Of a stretch of 64,000 bases of DNA, positions 23,646 through 35,381 are shown in pieces. This DNA comes from Emiliania huxleyi CCMP1516 (lineage: Eukaryota): assembly GCF_000372725.1 (NCBI RefSeq), contig NW_005201360.1, positions 22,881-86,880 of the forward strand. Reading direction: 5' to 3'. The translations under genes were made by a program, and so were the position numbers. The notes beneath the pieces were generated by a model, which worked only from the letters and a program-made list of their open reading frames with translations, was not told the origin of the DNA and searched no databases. Within the stretch, counting starts at the first letter, position 1; every line of letters begins with the position of its first letter.

Positions 23646-23885
23646 GAAAGAAAGAAAGAAAGAAAACAGACACCCCAAGGGAGGGATGGGAGGACGGCGC
23701 GCCGCCACCACACAGGGATTTTAAGGAGAGGAGCGTGGTGCTAGCCGTCGCCCACCCTAACCCTTGGGCGTCTGCTTCTTCCTATCTCTCTTCGCAGTCC
23801 CTCGCCGATTCTCGCTGCAACCTTCATGCCACCTACCTCGCGGCCGTCCCACTCTCGTCGTTCTCTCTCCTGTCGCTTCATCCTC
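23646..23885 (-). repeat. repeat family B, (TTTC)n tail
   Basis: GAGGACGGC(G/A)CGCCGCCACCACAC..AGGGATTT and downstream blocks shared with 31196-31460 and 31508-31592. Confidence 0.85.
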
Positions 23886-24036
23886 TGTCGCGTCGCTCTC
23901 TGCTTCGTTCTGCGACGCCGCCGCCGCCTGCCGCCCCCTTGCTCTCGCAGCGCAGCCGTGAATTCTTTGCAGCACTTGTGAAATTCTTTTGACCTCGCAG
24001 CTCCACACCGGGCTGTCGCTGTGGCACCGTCTGCGC

Positions 24037-24357
24037 ATGGAGACACTCGCCACCGCTGGTGACGACGCGTCGGTGGTTACCGCACTCTTCCTCTGCGGGC
24101 TCCTGGCCGTTGCTGGAGGCGTCATTGCGCTGACTAATGTCTGTGTCCAGCTCAAGCTCGTCTTTGTGTGGCCCCAGCGCGAGACGGCAGAGGCCATAGA
24201 GGAGAGCGACAACGGCTCGAGCTCGGATAGCGAAGCTGAGGAACTCTCGCCTGCAGAGATTGCGGCGCAGGAGCGTGTTTCTGCACGGCTTCGCGCGCTC
24301 GATGAGGAGGATGAAGTGCTCTTGTGGCGACGAAAGAAGCCAGAGGATGCGAGGTGA
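24037..24357 (+). CDS. small single-TM hypothetical protein
   Basis: ATG 24037, hydrophobic segment then acidic tail; AATTCTTTT upstream. Confidence 0.4.
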   Translation: METLATAGDDASVVTALFLCGLLAVAGGVIALTNVCVQLKLVFVWPQRETAEAIEESDNGSSSDSEAEELSPAEIAAQERVSARLRALDEEDEVLLWRRKKPEDAR

Positions 24358-24755
24358 CAAAAGACTGTCTGCGTATCGAGACCTGACTGTCGTGCGTATT
24401 TATCGTGTACACTTACTAACTTAGTACGGATCCCGTCGGCGACCCTGCGCGGCGGCGAGAGTCAGACGTGTGTCGGGGGTGACGAGGGTGGCGCGTCGCC
24501 GTCTAGGTCGCCGTCATGCGTCATCGGCTTCGGGGTCGCCGTGTCGCCTGTCGGAGTCGGGGAGTCCGGTGACCAGTGTGGCGTGTGAACGAGGCATGAG
24601 AGAGCGCAAGAAACGTGGGCGACTCCGATACGGTAACCTCGACGGCGACTTCCAGCACAGTGCAGCCTCTGTGCGGCCATTTGAGTTCGCGCTATACACC
24701 GAGCGACCGGCCTGCGGTCGGCGCGCTCTTTTCTCGACCTGGCCCGGAGTACGCG

Positions 24756-25719
24756 CTAGGCAGGGCTCTTTTCGAGCTCCTCGGCGGCAGCCTTGAGACT
24801 CAAAAGCGCCGCCACCGCCTCCTGCACTTGCGGGTCCTTGTTGCCGAGCCCCTCCTCCTCCTTGAGGCGCCGCACCTCTGCTCCCTTCTCCTCGATGGCT
24901 GCCGCCAGCTCCTCCGGCGTGGGGTCGGGAGTGCGCCGCTTCCCGCCCGGCTCGCACACAAACCCGTCCTCGTCCTGCCACTCGCTCCACGCGTAGCACA
25001 GCCCGACGCGCGACGTGACGAGCTTGCCGCCCTCCACCGCCGCCTTCTCGAGCACCCACCGCGACGCGTCCAGCAGAGTCACTGGCCTCAAGCCGGCCTT
25101 CTTGCTGTAGCCTGACTCGTACTTCTTAGACATCTCTTCCGGCAGGGCGGACGGCGCGCCGATTGCAGACTGCCAGTCTGCGAAGCCGAGCGCCTCGATC
25201 GCAGCGAGGTTGGCATAGACGTAGACGGCCTCCGAAGCCGCCGCCGTGCTGTCCGCCGCCGCCACCTCCGCAGCATCATCGGCAGCCGGCAGCTGGGCAT
25301 CGCTGCTCGCTGCCTCGGTCGGGTGCCCGACAATCACACAGGCCACAGGGAGCGTCCACAGCGCCTTTGGCACGTCCGCAGCGTCTGCCAGCGCAGGGTG
25401 GAGCGGCTTCCCGGTGCGTGTCTGAAAGGTGCGGCAACCTGACGGCAATCTCGCGCAGCGCGGAGCTCTCCCACGGCTTGAGCTCAAACGAGGACGCCCA
25501 CGCAAAGCCCGACTGCTTGCCACCCTTGCCGCCCTTCTTCTTCTTGCCTCCGCCGCCCTTCTTCTTTGCGAGCAGTGTAGGCGACACGTGGCGTGGCTGA
25601 ACGGTCGTTGATAGTGCTCGGCCGCCACGCCAGCTGATCGGAGCCAAGGATAGGGCGTGTCCAGTCTGATGAAGCAGGAGGGCGAGCAGAATGACGCGGC
25701 GAGACCATGGAAGTGACAT
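24756..25719 (-). CDS. signal-peptide protein with MEKHLA/PAS-like domain and C-terminal WHEP-TRS-like helix-turn-helix, multi-exon
   Basis: ALWTLPVACV..YVYANLAAIEAL..W..LP (MEKHLA-like); IEEKGAEVRRLK...VQEAVAALLSLKA (WHEP-like). Confidence 0.65.
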
Positions 25720-25952
25720 GGGCTTCACCGGTGCTGAGAAAACTCGCGGCACCCGGGCGGCTTCCGGGTTGACCGCGCCTGCGAGCCTGTTGTTTGTCTC
25801 TTCGCACCTTGGAGTGCTGGGGGGGGCGACAGGGGGGACGTGGCCTGAGTGATGTGTACGCCCACTCAGGATGTGTGGCAGCCCGCTGGCTGTGTGTCTT
25901 GTGAGCTTGTTTGTGTCTGTGTGTCGCTCGTGCGTGTCGTCATCATCTGTCT

Positions 25953-26022
25953 TGCGTCCACCCATACCGCGTTGGTGTCCAGTCCGAGCCTGACTGTTCT
26001 TCACCTTACTACATACATACAT
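25953..26022 (+). repeat. repeat family C (stem-loop + (TACA)n tail)
   Basis: ACCCATACCGCGTTGGTGTCCAGTCCGAGCCTGACTGTT also at 58424; shorter copy at 28226. Confidence 0.85.
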
Positions 26023-26158
26023 GCGAGCCTGTCGTGTCCCTTGTCAGGAGCAGGAGAGCCCCCCTGTCCCCCTGATCGTCCCAAAATCCTGCTCGTGCAG
26101 GTGTGGACCCTGTCCTCCTGCTCCTCCCCTATCCCTCGTGTGGGTTGGTTTCTTTCTT
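26023..26158 (+). repeat. repeat family A, (TTTC)n tail
   Basis: Core motif present; starts directly after family C tail. Confidence 0.8.
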
Positions 26159-26213
26159 TAATGTTTAAAGGGGTTGACGCGTCTATTTATTTATACTCCC
26201 AAGTGCTCCGAGG

Positions 26214-26452
26214 TCACACTGAGATCTGCCTTTCCGCGTCCCTGCCACGCTTCTGCCCGCTCGCCTCCCTCCCACGCTCGTCCTCCCCGCCCTCCATCTC
26301 GAGGCGCATGGCCTCGACGGCTCGAGCGTTGAGCCGCGCCGTGAGCAGGTCGTACGCCTGCAGCTCCTCCACGGTGGCGTACGCGCTCCGGTCGTAGTCG
26401 CGGTGCATCTGCTCCTCCTGCTCGGAGGTGGCACGAGGTGAGGCGCAGACAG

Positions 26453-26513
<61 letters not shown>

Positions 26514-28194
26514 GGCAAGGGAAAGGCAGCCCCTCGCATCTCTTGACATCCCTCGTGAGACGGCATTAACAGTGCGAGGCACGGTGCACGCGGGTGAGCA
26601 GACCTGCTCTGGATGCGAGTGCACCGCCCCACCAGCGATTGGTCGGCTCAGCTGCGAGTCGGCTCGGATGGCGGCGTACTCGCCCTGCTGCATGAGCTGC
26701 GCCCGCCGGAGGGTGCGCCGCCTGGGCCGCACGAGGCGGGCGAGGTGAGGCGCTGCAGTGAGGCGCTGCAAGGTAAGGCGCTGTGAGGGAGGCGAGGGAG
26801 GCGAGGCGAAGGAGGCGAGGGAGGCGAGGGAGGGAGCGCAGAGAGGGCGGGCAGAGAGAGGGGGGGTGGCGCATGCACCGCTCGGCCTCGATGGTCTCCA
26901 TCCTCTCGAGCCCCGCCGCCGTCGCCGGCGGCCGCGGCAGCAAGCACGGCACAAAGGTGAGCCGCAGCCCGCCCTCGCGAGCCATGTGCGGGAAGCCGCG
27001 GAGCCACGTCACGCACAGCGGGTACTGCCAGCCGCCGGCGCAGCTCTCGCCGCGGGCGTCTCCGGCCGCTGCCGCCGGCACCATCGGCGCGGGCACCACG
27101 GGGCCGTCGGGAGGCAGCGCCGCTCGCAGCACGAGCCGCAGCTCGGCGAGCTTACCGCGCGACTCGAGCCGCTGCAGCCACGCGGCCGTCGCCGCGCCGG
27201 GCCGCGTCGGAGCGGCGTTGGCGGCGGGCAGCTCGAGGGCGGCGAGCACCTCGTTGAGCGCGAGCAGCGCGGCCTTGCTGAAGAATGGCGCAAAGACGGG
27301 GCCGCCCCGCGCGAGGAAGCGGGAGACGCTCGGCTCGGAGGCGGCGCGAGGCAGCAGAGCCGCGCGCTCCTCGTCCGCCGCCGGGACGCAGAGGCCGTGC
27401 GGATCGGAGTTGTCCGGCGCAGCGGCGCGCCTGTCGCTGGCCTTGGGTGGCGCGAACGGCGCGGCGTCGTGCGGGTGGTCGGGGTGCAGCAGAGAGAGCA
27501 GCGCAAAGAAGCGAGGCACCGAGAGGCGGGCGAGGCCGCACGTGCTCCCGTCCGCCTTTGCAGCGGCGCAGTGTGGCCCCGCCCAGTGGACGAGCGCCTG
27601 GCAGCCGTGCAGCGCCGCCCACTGACGCTCGAGGCTCTCTGTCGCTCCCGCCGCGCGCGTGGCAGCCAAGGCCAGCGAGCGGCATTCCACGTACAGCTCG
27701 AGCAGGGACGCCGAGTCCACGTGCGCGCCGAGCGCTGCGCTGCGAGGCGGGCGCAGGATGGTCGTGGGTACGCCCTCGCACACCGCCGGCTGGCCCCACA
27801 GCCGCTCGAAGCAAGCGACGATGGCCTCCGCGTGGACGACAGCAGCCCGCGGGCCGCTGACCTGTGTCTCGCCAAAGCCGCTCTGCCGCCACCCCTTCCA
27901 GCACGCGCCCTGTGCGTTCGGCCCTGTCAGCGCGCGGAAGACTGCCTGCGCCGTCTCGGGCCCGAGCCGCTGCTTGCGGTCCTTTGGGTCGAACAACAAT
28001 GCCAGCCGTGCTTGCGCACCGGCCCTCCCGGCGTTGAGATCGAAGCCGAGGTTTTCGTCCTCGGCTAGAGTGGGCGGCAGCCGACTCTGGTAGGCCTGCT
28101 GGAGCCGCGTGAGGTGGTGCAGCAGGGTCGTGTCGGAGTCCTCCACCTCGGTCAGCTTGTGCGCCGCGAAGCTGGAGCGAGGCCAGGACATCAC
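26214..28194 (-). CDS. hypothetical protein, multi-exon; possibly 2OG-Fe(II)/PhyH-like
   Basis: 542-aa ORF plus short downstream exons; GAHVDS, CQALVHW and distal PH give only weak support for an HxD..H triad. Confidence 0.5.
26457..26510. repeat. (CA)n microsatellite (intronic)
   Basis: Perfect dinucleotide run. Confidence 0.95.
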
Positions 28195-28225
28195 TGTTTC
28201 GTTTTCTTTTTATTCAGCATATACC

Positions 28226-28270
28226 CCAGTCCGAGCCTGACTGTTCTTCACCTTTCTACCTACCTACCTT
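28226..28270 (+). repeat. repeat family C, short copy with (TACC)n tail
   Basis: CCAGTCCGAGCCTGACTGTTCTTCACCTT. Confidence 0.8.
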
Positions 28271-29023
28271 ACCCTCTTGCTGCCGGTTTCCGACTCTGCG
28301 TGGCCGACTCACACAGCGAGCCTCCTGTCTCCCTGCCTGCTGCCGATTCATCGGTCGTGCTCAGCCAAGAGATGTAGAGACCGACCGACCATATGCACAA
28401 TATCTTGACTGAGAGCTAAGCCCAGTTCGACGATCGGCAGCCTCACGGGTCGCGCCGCTGCGCAGCGAGAGGCAGGCTCGCCCGGCGAAGGTTGATTGAC
28501 CAGAGAGTGCTCAACAATACCAGATTGTAGCCTGGTGCCCCGTTTGTGCCGCGTCCCGTGCCCCCGAGTTCATTTTATAGAAAAAACCAGGGAGCCTCAG
28601 GGACAGGGTACAGGGAGTGCCACTGCCACCACCCAGGCCGCGGGAGCCGATCGTGTGGGCAGAGACGCCGTCCCAGCCACTTTGGCGGCCAGCCCGATAG
28701 GCAGTTGTATCTCAAGCTATCTCAGAGCTGCTGACGACGACTCGCGAGTACCGGCGCAAGCAGCGACGTCTCGCCAGCGAGAGGTGGCCGTGGCTGCTTG
28801 CGCGCGGCGTCACGTCTCTCGGCGTTTTCGGCCTCTTTTGGGCTTACAGCCGCGACGAGCTCGCTCTCGGCGACGTGGCGGCGCTGTATCAGACCTTGAA
28901 GGAGAAGCCAAACGCCGCGCAGGGCGTCGCGGCGGCGCCTAGCCACGGCAGTGACAAGCTGCTGCCCCCAGGAGTGCGGGTAGCTACCCTAGCGGTGTTT
29001 GTTCGAGCCTCGGGCACGGCAGG

Positions 29024-29245
29024 GTTCCGGCTCCTAGCCGGATAGGGGGTCTGTTGGGACTGACTCGCGCCAGAACGCCCTACCTACCTACCTATCCCCA
29101 GGCCGCGCAGCGAAGCGAAAAAAGATGAAAATAGGGGGTACCTACCTATTGCAGGGCCCTTTTGGGCCAAACAAGACCAACCTACCTACCTATCTGGGAG
29201 GGGCCAGCCAGTCCGCAGACCCCCTATCTGGCTAGGAGCCGGAAC
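29024..29245. mobile_element. MITE with ~30-bp TIRs
   Basis: GTTCCGGCTCCTAGCC(G/A)GATAGGGGGTCTG at both ends, 1 mismatch; related inverted copy at 60024. Confidence 0.9.
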
Positions 29246-29325
29246 CCGGGGACCCAGCATGTGCTCGCCTCCTATGGTGGCTTGACGCGCACTTTTGCGT
29301 GCTCAAAACCCTTACAGAGCTCTCC

Positions 29326-31109
29326 ATGCCTCGCGCGGTGAGGCTGGCGTCCTCCATGCCTCGTGCGGTGAGGCTGGCGTCCGAGGCCCAGCGTGCAGTT
29401 CCAGCGGGCGTGTTGCGCAGCGACGCTCACGCTGCCGTGGAGTTGACCGCGTCTCCGTTGAAAGCGGGCGCAGCTGAAGAGCTGACCGCTTCTCCCGTGA
29501 AAGCGGGTGCAGCAGCAGCCAGTGCGCAGCCGCAAGCAAGCACGCCTCGTTACTCCGCAGCGTGCATGATTTTGACACTCATGCCAGGCTCGCTCTTGAC
29601 TACCATCGACCAAGGCGTGATGGACGTGTGCCTCGTCACGATTGCAAAGGAGCTGGCGACGCCGCTGCACAGAGCGCAGTGGGTCGTGCTCGTCTACCTC
29701 CTGCTGAGCGCCTCGACTCAGGTCGCCGCAGGCCGCTTGGGCGACCGCTACAGCAAGCCGCGCGTGTACCGGGTCGGGCTGCTGATCTTCATCGGGAGCT
29801 CCACCAGCTGCGCCTTTGCGCCCTCCATCGAGGCGCTGATTGCGCTGCGTGCCGTGCAGGGCTTGGGCCAATCGCTCATGAGCAGCAACTCGCTCGCGAT
29901 GGTCAAGTTCTTCACCAGGCCAGAGCAGACCTCGGTCGCGATCGGCTACAGCCACAGCATGATTGGCTTGGGCATGAGCCTTGGGCCGCCGCTCGGCGGG
30001 CTGCTGACCTCGGCCTTCGGCTGGCGGAGCGTCTTCCTCATCAACCTTCCCACAGGCGCGCCATCCAATTTGTGGTTCCCCACTTGTGCACACACAGCCA
30101 TCCTGGTGTGCATGCCTCGAAGAGATCCGCATCTGCCCACACCCGAACCCTCGCCAGCCCTCACCCGGCAGGCGTGCTCGCGATGGCGCTCGTCTGCACC
30201 CTCCCCGACACGCCCGCGTCCGGCGGCGTGTCGCTCGACCCGGTCGGCAGCGTGCTCACCTTTGCGTCGGTCGGAGGAAGCCTCTTCACCCTCTCGGCCG
30301 CGCAAGAGCAGGAGGCAGCAACCTCTCTGTGGATGGCGGTCGGCTCGGCTCTCCTCCTCCTCCTCCTCGCCCTGTGGCTGCGGTGCGCCGCGAGGCCGCT
30401 CGTGCCGCGGCCTGTGCTCGCCTCGTGGCCGATCCGCTGCGGCGTCCTCTCCGCGTGCGGGCTCTACTTTGGCGTCTCGCTCGCGCGCTACCTGACGCCC
30501 CTGTACCTGCAGCTGGGCATGGGGTGGAGCCAGGCAGACACGGGGCTGGCGATGCTGTGCCAGCCGCTCACCTTGCTCCTGGGAGGGCTGGGCAGCGGGC
30601 GGCTGGCGGCGCGCCTAAGCGCCAGGGCGCAGACCGCCCTCTCCCTGCTGCTGCTCGCGGCGGCCATCCTGCTGCTCGGCGCCGGCCTCGGCTCCTTTTG
30701 GCCGATGGGAGCGAGCATGGTGCTGCTGGCGGCGGGGCAGTCGCTCTTCCAGCCCGCGAACGCCGGGTTTGTGCTGGCGTTCGCCGCGCAGGATCAGCTC
30801 AGTGTCGTCGGCGCGCTCCTCGGGATGGCGAGAGGAATCGCATTGCCCCTCGGCATCGTGTGCTGCAACGCGCTGCTGTCGGCCCTGTCGCCTCCGCATG
30901 CGGCCTCGCTCGACGAAAAGAACGCCTCGTCCACGGCCGCGACGGCGGCCATCGATGCCGGCGCCGCTCGCACCACCGTGTGGCTGTATCTGCTGCCCAC
31001 GGCTGCGGCGTTGGCCGTGACTCTGATGCGCGGCAAGCCGCCCGAGGCCATCTCCGTCGCACGCAGGACGAGTACCGAGAGCAGCGGCCCTGTGCGTGTT
31101 AGGTCGTAA
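29326..31109 (+). CDS. MFS drug:H+ antiporter (DHA2/EmrB-QacA-like), 2 exons
   Basis: AQWVVLVYLL, GRLGDRY, ALRAVQGLG, GPPLGGLL, WRSVFLINLP motifs; intron about 30056-30171. Confidence 0.88.
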
Positions 31110-31195
31110 TCACAACTCACTAACAAGCAACACTTACAGTCTCCGGGCCCAGGTCACACACCTGAGATCACACTTCACAGCGATATAAGAAACGG

Positions 31196-31592
31196 AAAGA
31201 AAACACACGGTTCACGGGGACAACCCAACGGAGGGAGGGGAGGATGGGAGGACGGCACGCCGCCACCACACTGCACACAGGGATTTCACGGAAGGAAGGT
31301 GTGTGCCTGTTGCTAGCCTAGGAAGCTAACCGTCGCCCACCCTCTTGCGTCTTGGCACTTGGGCGTGCGTCTGCCTCTTCCTATCTCCCTTCGCAGCCCT
31401 CGCAACCTTCATGCCACCTCGCGGTCGTCCCACTCTCCTCGTTCTCTCTCCTGCGCTTCATGCTCTGTCTCGTCCCTCCGCTCGATATCTCTCGTTCTCT
31501 TCTGCTGAAAAAAGAAAGAAAACAGACAACAGAGGACGGCACGCCGCCACCACACAGGGATTTTAAGGAGAGGGGTGTGGTGCGCTAGCCGT
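31196..31592 (-). repeat. two adjacent copies of repeat family B
   Basis: Match to 23646-23885. Confidence 0.85.
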
Positions 31593-33065
31593 TCTTTTCT
31601 GCTGTGAGTGAGGGGGGCTCCTAGAATTCTACAACCACTGTACCACCCAAGACAGCTTGCAGAGCTGCGAGAGCTCCCGGTCACTCAACATAAGCTGTGG
31701 GCCGCTGTTTTCACGGTGCTCAGACTGCCCCCCGGTTAAGATCTCGCGCAAAACTCTTTTTCCCACCTTCGAGTACACCCCCAAGACTTCCCCAAACCGC
31801 CCAGGATGAGCTCCTGAGATGCCAGTCCGCCCGAGATATGACCGGTTGAAGTTGGGGTTCCACGGTCAGGATAGAGGTGTCGAACTGGATGGGGGTCAGC
31901 CAGGGAGGCTGTTGTGGCGCACCGGACCGCCCCCCAGCACCGTGCCCCACCCAACTGCATCCATGGGAGTCACAAACGGTGCTGCACTCGTGGCTGCAAG
32001 CACTCACGACACTCAAACCCACCACCTGCCTCCTACCCTGTACGAGGAGCCATTTCACCCGTGCAACATCTGCACAGGTGTACCGCCGACGCTCAAGCGC
32101 CCGGCCCCTACTAGAGTAGTCTTGGGGGACCCACAAACGACCAATATATCCACTCGGGGCTGCAGCATGTGTCCGGGGGGGGCATCCCCGTGAAGCAGCC
32201 AGCAGGTGCCGGACACGGCGTTGGCCGTCTTGGAGCGAGATCAGGGCGCAACTGCCTACCTCGTGGGGCTGAAGGACCGTCATGGGGTCGGCTTTGATGC
32301 TGCCAATCAGTCGGGTCGATAGGTGGCGCCCCAGCGAGATGCGTCGCGGGTGCTCGGCGTCGCCTGCTTGAGTGGCCTGAACGCACTCGCGGGAGCCAGA
32401 GAGCAAAGGTGTGCGCGAATTGAGGCTTCTGAGCGAGTCCAGGCAAGCCACAGGACCGGCCATGTGCGTGGGTAGTCGAGCGGTGGCCGGAGGAAGCCTC
32501 CAGTAGTGGCTCTCAGTTCGACACCTCGGTCTCGACCACGACCCCACTGGGAGCGGCCCACAGCTTATTTCGCAACGATGGTCGCTATTGGCCACCTGCC
32601 TCCTTCATCTACACATGTCGTCGGCTCGGACGGAGCGTCGGCAGGCATTGAACGCTGTACGTGCTCCGGCGGCACTCCCAGGCCCCGAGCCAGAGCCCCG
32701 ACCGTCTCTGGCGTTCCATGCGACTGGGACTACCTGCGAGGCGTGTGGGTTCGGCCGGATGGCGACGACTACGATGCGAGGGTGGCAAAGGCAGAGAGAG
32801 CGGAGGAGCTGCGGTGGCGGGCGATGCAGAGTGACGGTCGCCGTACACATAGCCCTCGCACGACTTCCACGCCGTCGGCTCGAAGAGCACGGCCTCGGTA
32901 AACCGAGCAGGCTCATTGAGCGTGGCGCCCGCATTGCTGGCTCTCATTGAGCAGCAGTTCAGATGCGGGCGCGTCCCGTCACAGCAATCACCCTGACCCG
33001 GTCGCACATGCTCAGCCCGTCCCTCGCTCCCTGGCAGGCGACCACGCTCGCGTGGGCACACGCAC

Positions 33066-33626
33066 ATGGCCTCGCGGGTCGAGAGCGTATCAATCGGTCA
33101 GATGAGGCTGGAGGACGAGCGAGACGGCAACGCGCTCGACGACGAGGCTGAGGAGGAGGAGGAGGAGGAGTAGGATTCGGCGTGGCGCGTCTACTTCCTG
33201 CGAGATTCGAGCTGTCGGAGGACTTACGTCGGTGCGAGCCCCGACCCCGTCCGACGACTGCGCCAGCACAACGGCGAGCTCTCGGGAGGTGGCGCGCCCG
33301 CCGCGGGACGGCCGTGGCGCATTCTTCTGGTTGTGCGCGGCTTCTCCTCGAAGAGTGATGCGCTCGCTTTCGAGTGGGCGTGGCAGAAGCCGCACACCAG
33401 CCGGCACATTGCGCGACAGTGGGGTGTGAAGGGATTCGGGAAGTGCGGCACACGGTCAAAAGTGTCGGTGCGGTTGGCGGCGCTTGCGCTGCTGCTCGTG
33501 CACGGCCATTGGGCCGTGTGCGCGCTTCATGTCCGTGTGTGTGCTCCCGAGGAGTGTGGACAGGCGTTGCAGGACGCGCCGCGCCGCCGCGCCCGCGGGG
33601 CTCACGTACGGACCGCCGTGAAGTGA
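33066..33626 (+). pseudogene. SLX1-like GIY-YIG endonuclease with in-frame TAG at 33171
   Basis: WRVYFL....RTYVGASPDPVRRLRQHNGELSGG...RPW...GF....ALAFEWAWQKP; TAG ends a (GAG)n run. Confidence 0.8.
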
Positions 33627-34344
33627 TTTATTTGACTAATGTCACACAACATGTTGGGAGACTGATGGGTCAAAAGCATAGATCGTCAATCGACGCGTCG
33701 CGCCTTTACCGATGCGGATAGTGAGGTTCTTTTGGCACCTGTGTTAGTGCCAGTGCGCGCCAGTCCCGTGCCCAGTGTTGTGCGAGGGAGTTTGCTGTAA
33801 AATTCTTTTGGCGGCCTTGAAACGAAGACGAGAGAGACCTGCGGCCGTCCGCCTCTCTCCGGGCGCTGCTGGTGCGCAGCGTGCGCCGTTCTGCACTCGG
33901 GCACACCACCGCTCCACTCTCCGCTCTCCTCCAGCCGCACAGAGCCCAACCAGACCCCCCGACGGTCGGCGTTGAGCGTCGTTGAGCAGTGCCACGAGAG
34001 GCAGCAGCGTCTCCCCCGTGTGCCACAGCCGCGTGTGAGTTGCGATGGGAGCCAGCTAGCCTCCCGACCGGCCTCCCGCGCACACTCGCACTTGGCAGCC
34101 TCGAGCCTCACCACGCCCGCTGCACACTGCCTCAGGCACCTTCGCTCCCGCCACCACGCCGCCGCTCCAGTGCTCCTGCCACCGCCGCAGCCCTCCGCGT
34201 CGCGTTTCTGCCACCCTTTGACCGAGGCCGTGCGCTAGGCAGGCGTGCAGCTACAGGTGCGCAGCGGCGCGCGGCGCACCACCGCCGCGCTCTCACTCCT
34301 CATCCCGGCCAGCTCTCCCCTCTTTCCGCCCCGCAGCTCCCCCG

Positions 34345-35381
34345 TCACCTCGCGATATCTCCCTCCCTCCCTCCCTCCCTCTCTCGGAGCCTCTCGGCAG
34401 GCCTCCGTCCCTCCGCCCCCCCCCTTCCTCCGCCGACCGCGCACCGCGCCATCCCCGCCGCCGTCGGCCTCACACCAGGTCTCATCGGCGCTCTCTGCCG
34501 TAGGTTGCGCGCCGCTGCAGGGCGGGCTGCGCGGCTCGTCGCTCGTGGGTGAGGCGCGGCCGCGGCCGCGGCGCTCTCGCCTCTGCTGAGGCGCGCTATC
34601 TGCTCGCCTCGCCGCTCTCCCCCCTCTCTCGCACCTCTCTCCGCACTCTTCCCATTCGCGCCACGCCGCGGCGTCGCCACCGCACCGCCCTCTCTCGCCC
34701 TCACTGCGCGCTCCTCACCTCGCGATATCTCCCTCCCTCCCTCCCTCCCTCTCTCGGAGCCTCTCGGCAGGCCTCTGTCCCTCCGCCCCGCCCCTTCCTC
34801 CGCCGACCGCGCACCGCGCCATCCCCGCCGCCGTCGGCCTCACACCAGGTCTCATCGGCGCTCTCTGCCGTAGGTTGCGCGCCGCTGCAGGGCGGGCTGC
34901 GCGGCTCGTCGCTCGTGCGTCAGGCCGCGGGCGGCGCTCTCGCCTCTGCTGAGGCGCGCTAGCTGCTCACCTCGCCGCTCTCCCCCCTCTCTCGCACCTC
35001 TCTCCGCACTCTTCCCATTCGCGCCACGCCGCGGCGTCGCCACCGCACCGCCCTCTCTCGCCCTCACTGCGCGCTCCTCACCTCGCGATATCTCCCTCCC
35101 TCCCTCCCTCCCTCTCTCGGAGCCTCTCGGCAGGCCTCTGTCCCTCCGCCCCGCCCCTTCCTCCGCCGACCGCGCACCGCGCCATCCCCGCCGCCGTCGG
35201 CCTCACACCAGGTCTCATCGGCGCTCTCTGCCGTAGGTTGCGCGCCGCTGCAGGGCGGGCTGCGCGGCTCGTCGCTCGTGCGTGAGGCGCGGCCGCGGCC
35301 GCGGCGCTCTCGCCTCTGCTGAGGCGCGCTATCTGCTCGCCTCGCCGCTCTCCCCCCTCTCTCGCATCTCTCTCCGCACTC
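34345..35381 (+). repeat. ~365-bp tandem subrepeats (about 2.8 copies), probably rDNA intergenic spacer
   Basis: TCACCTCGCGATATCTCCCTCCC starts at 34345, 34715, 35078; upstream of 18S. Confidence 0.9.

Noticed and set aside
34345..35381. CRISPR-like or coding repeat array
   Set aside because: Long contiguous units without spacers in a eukaryote; ORFs over it are GC artefacts
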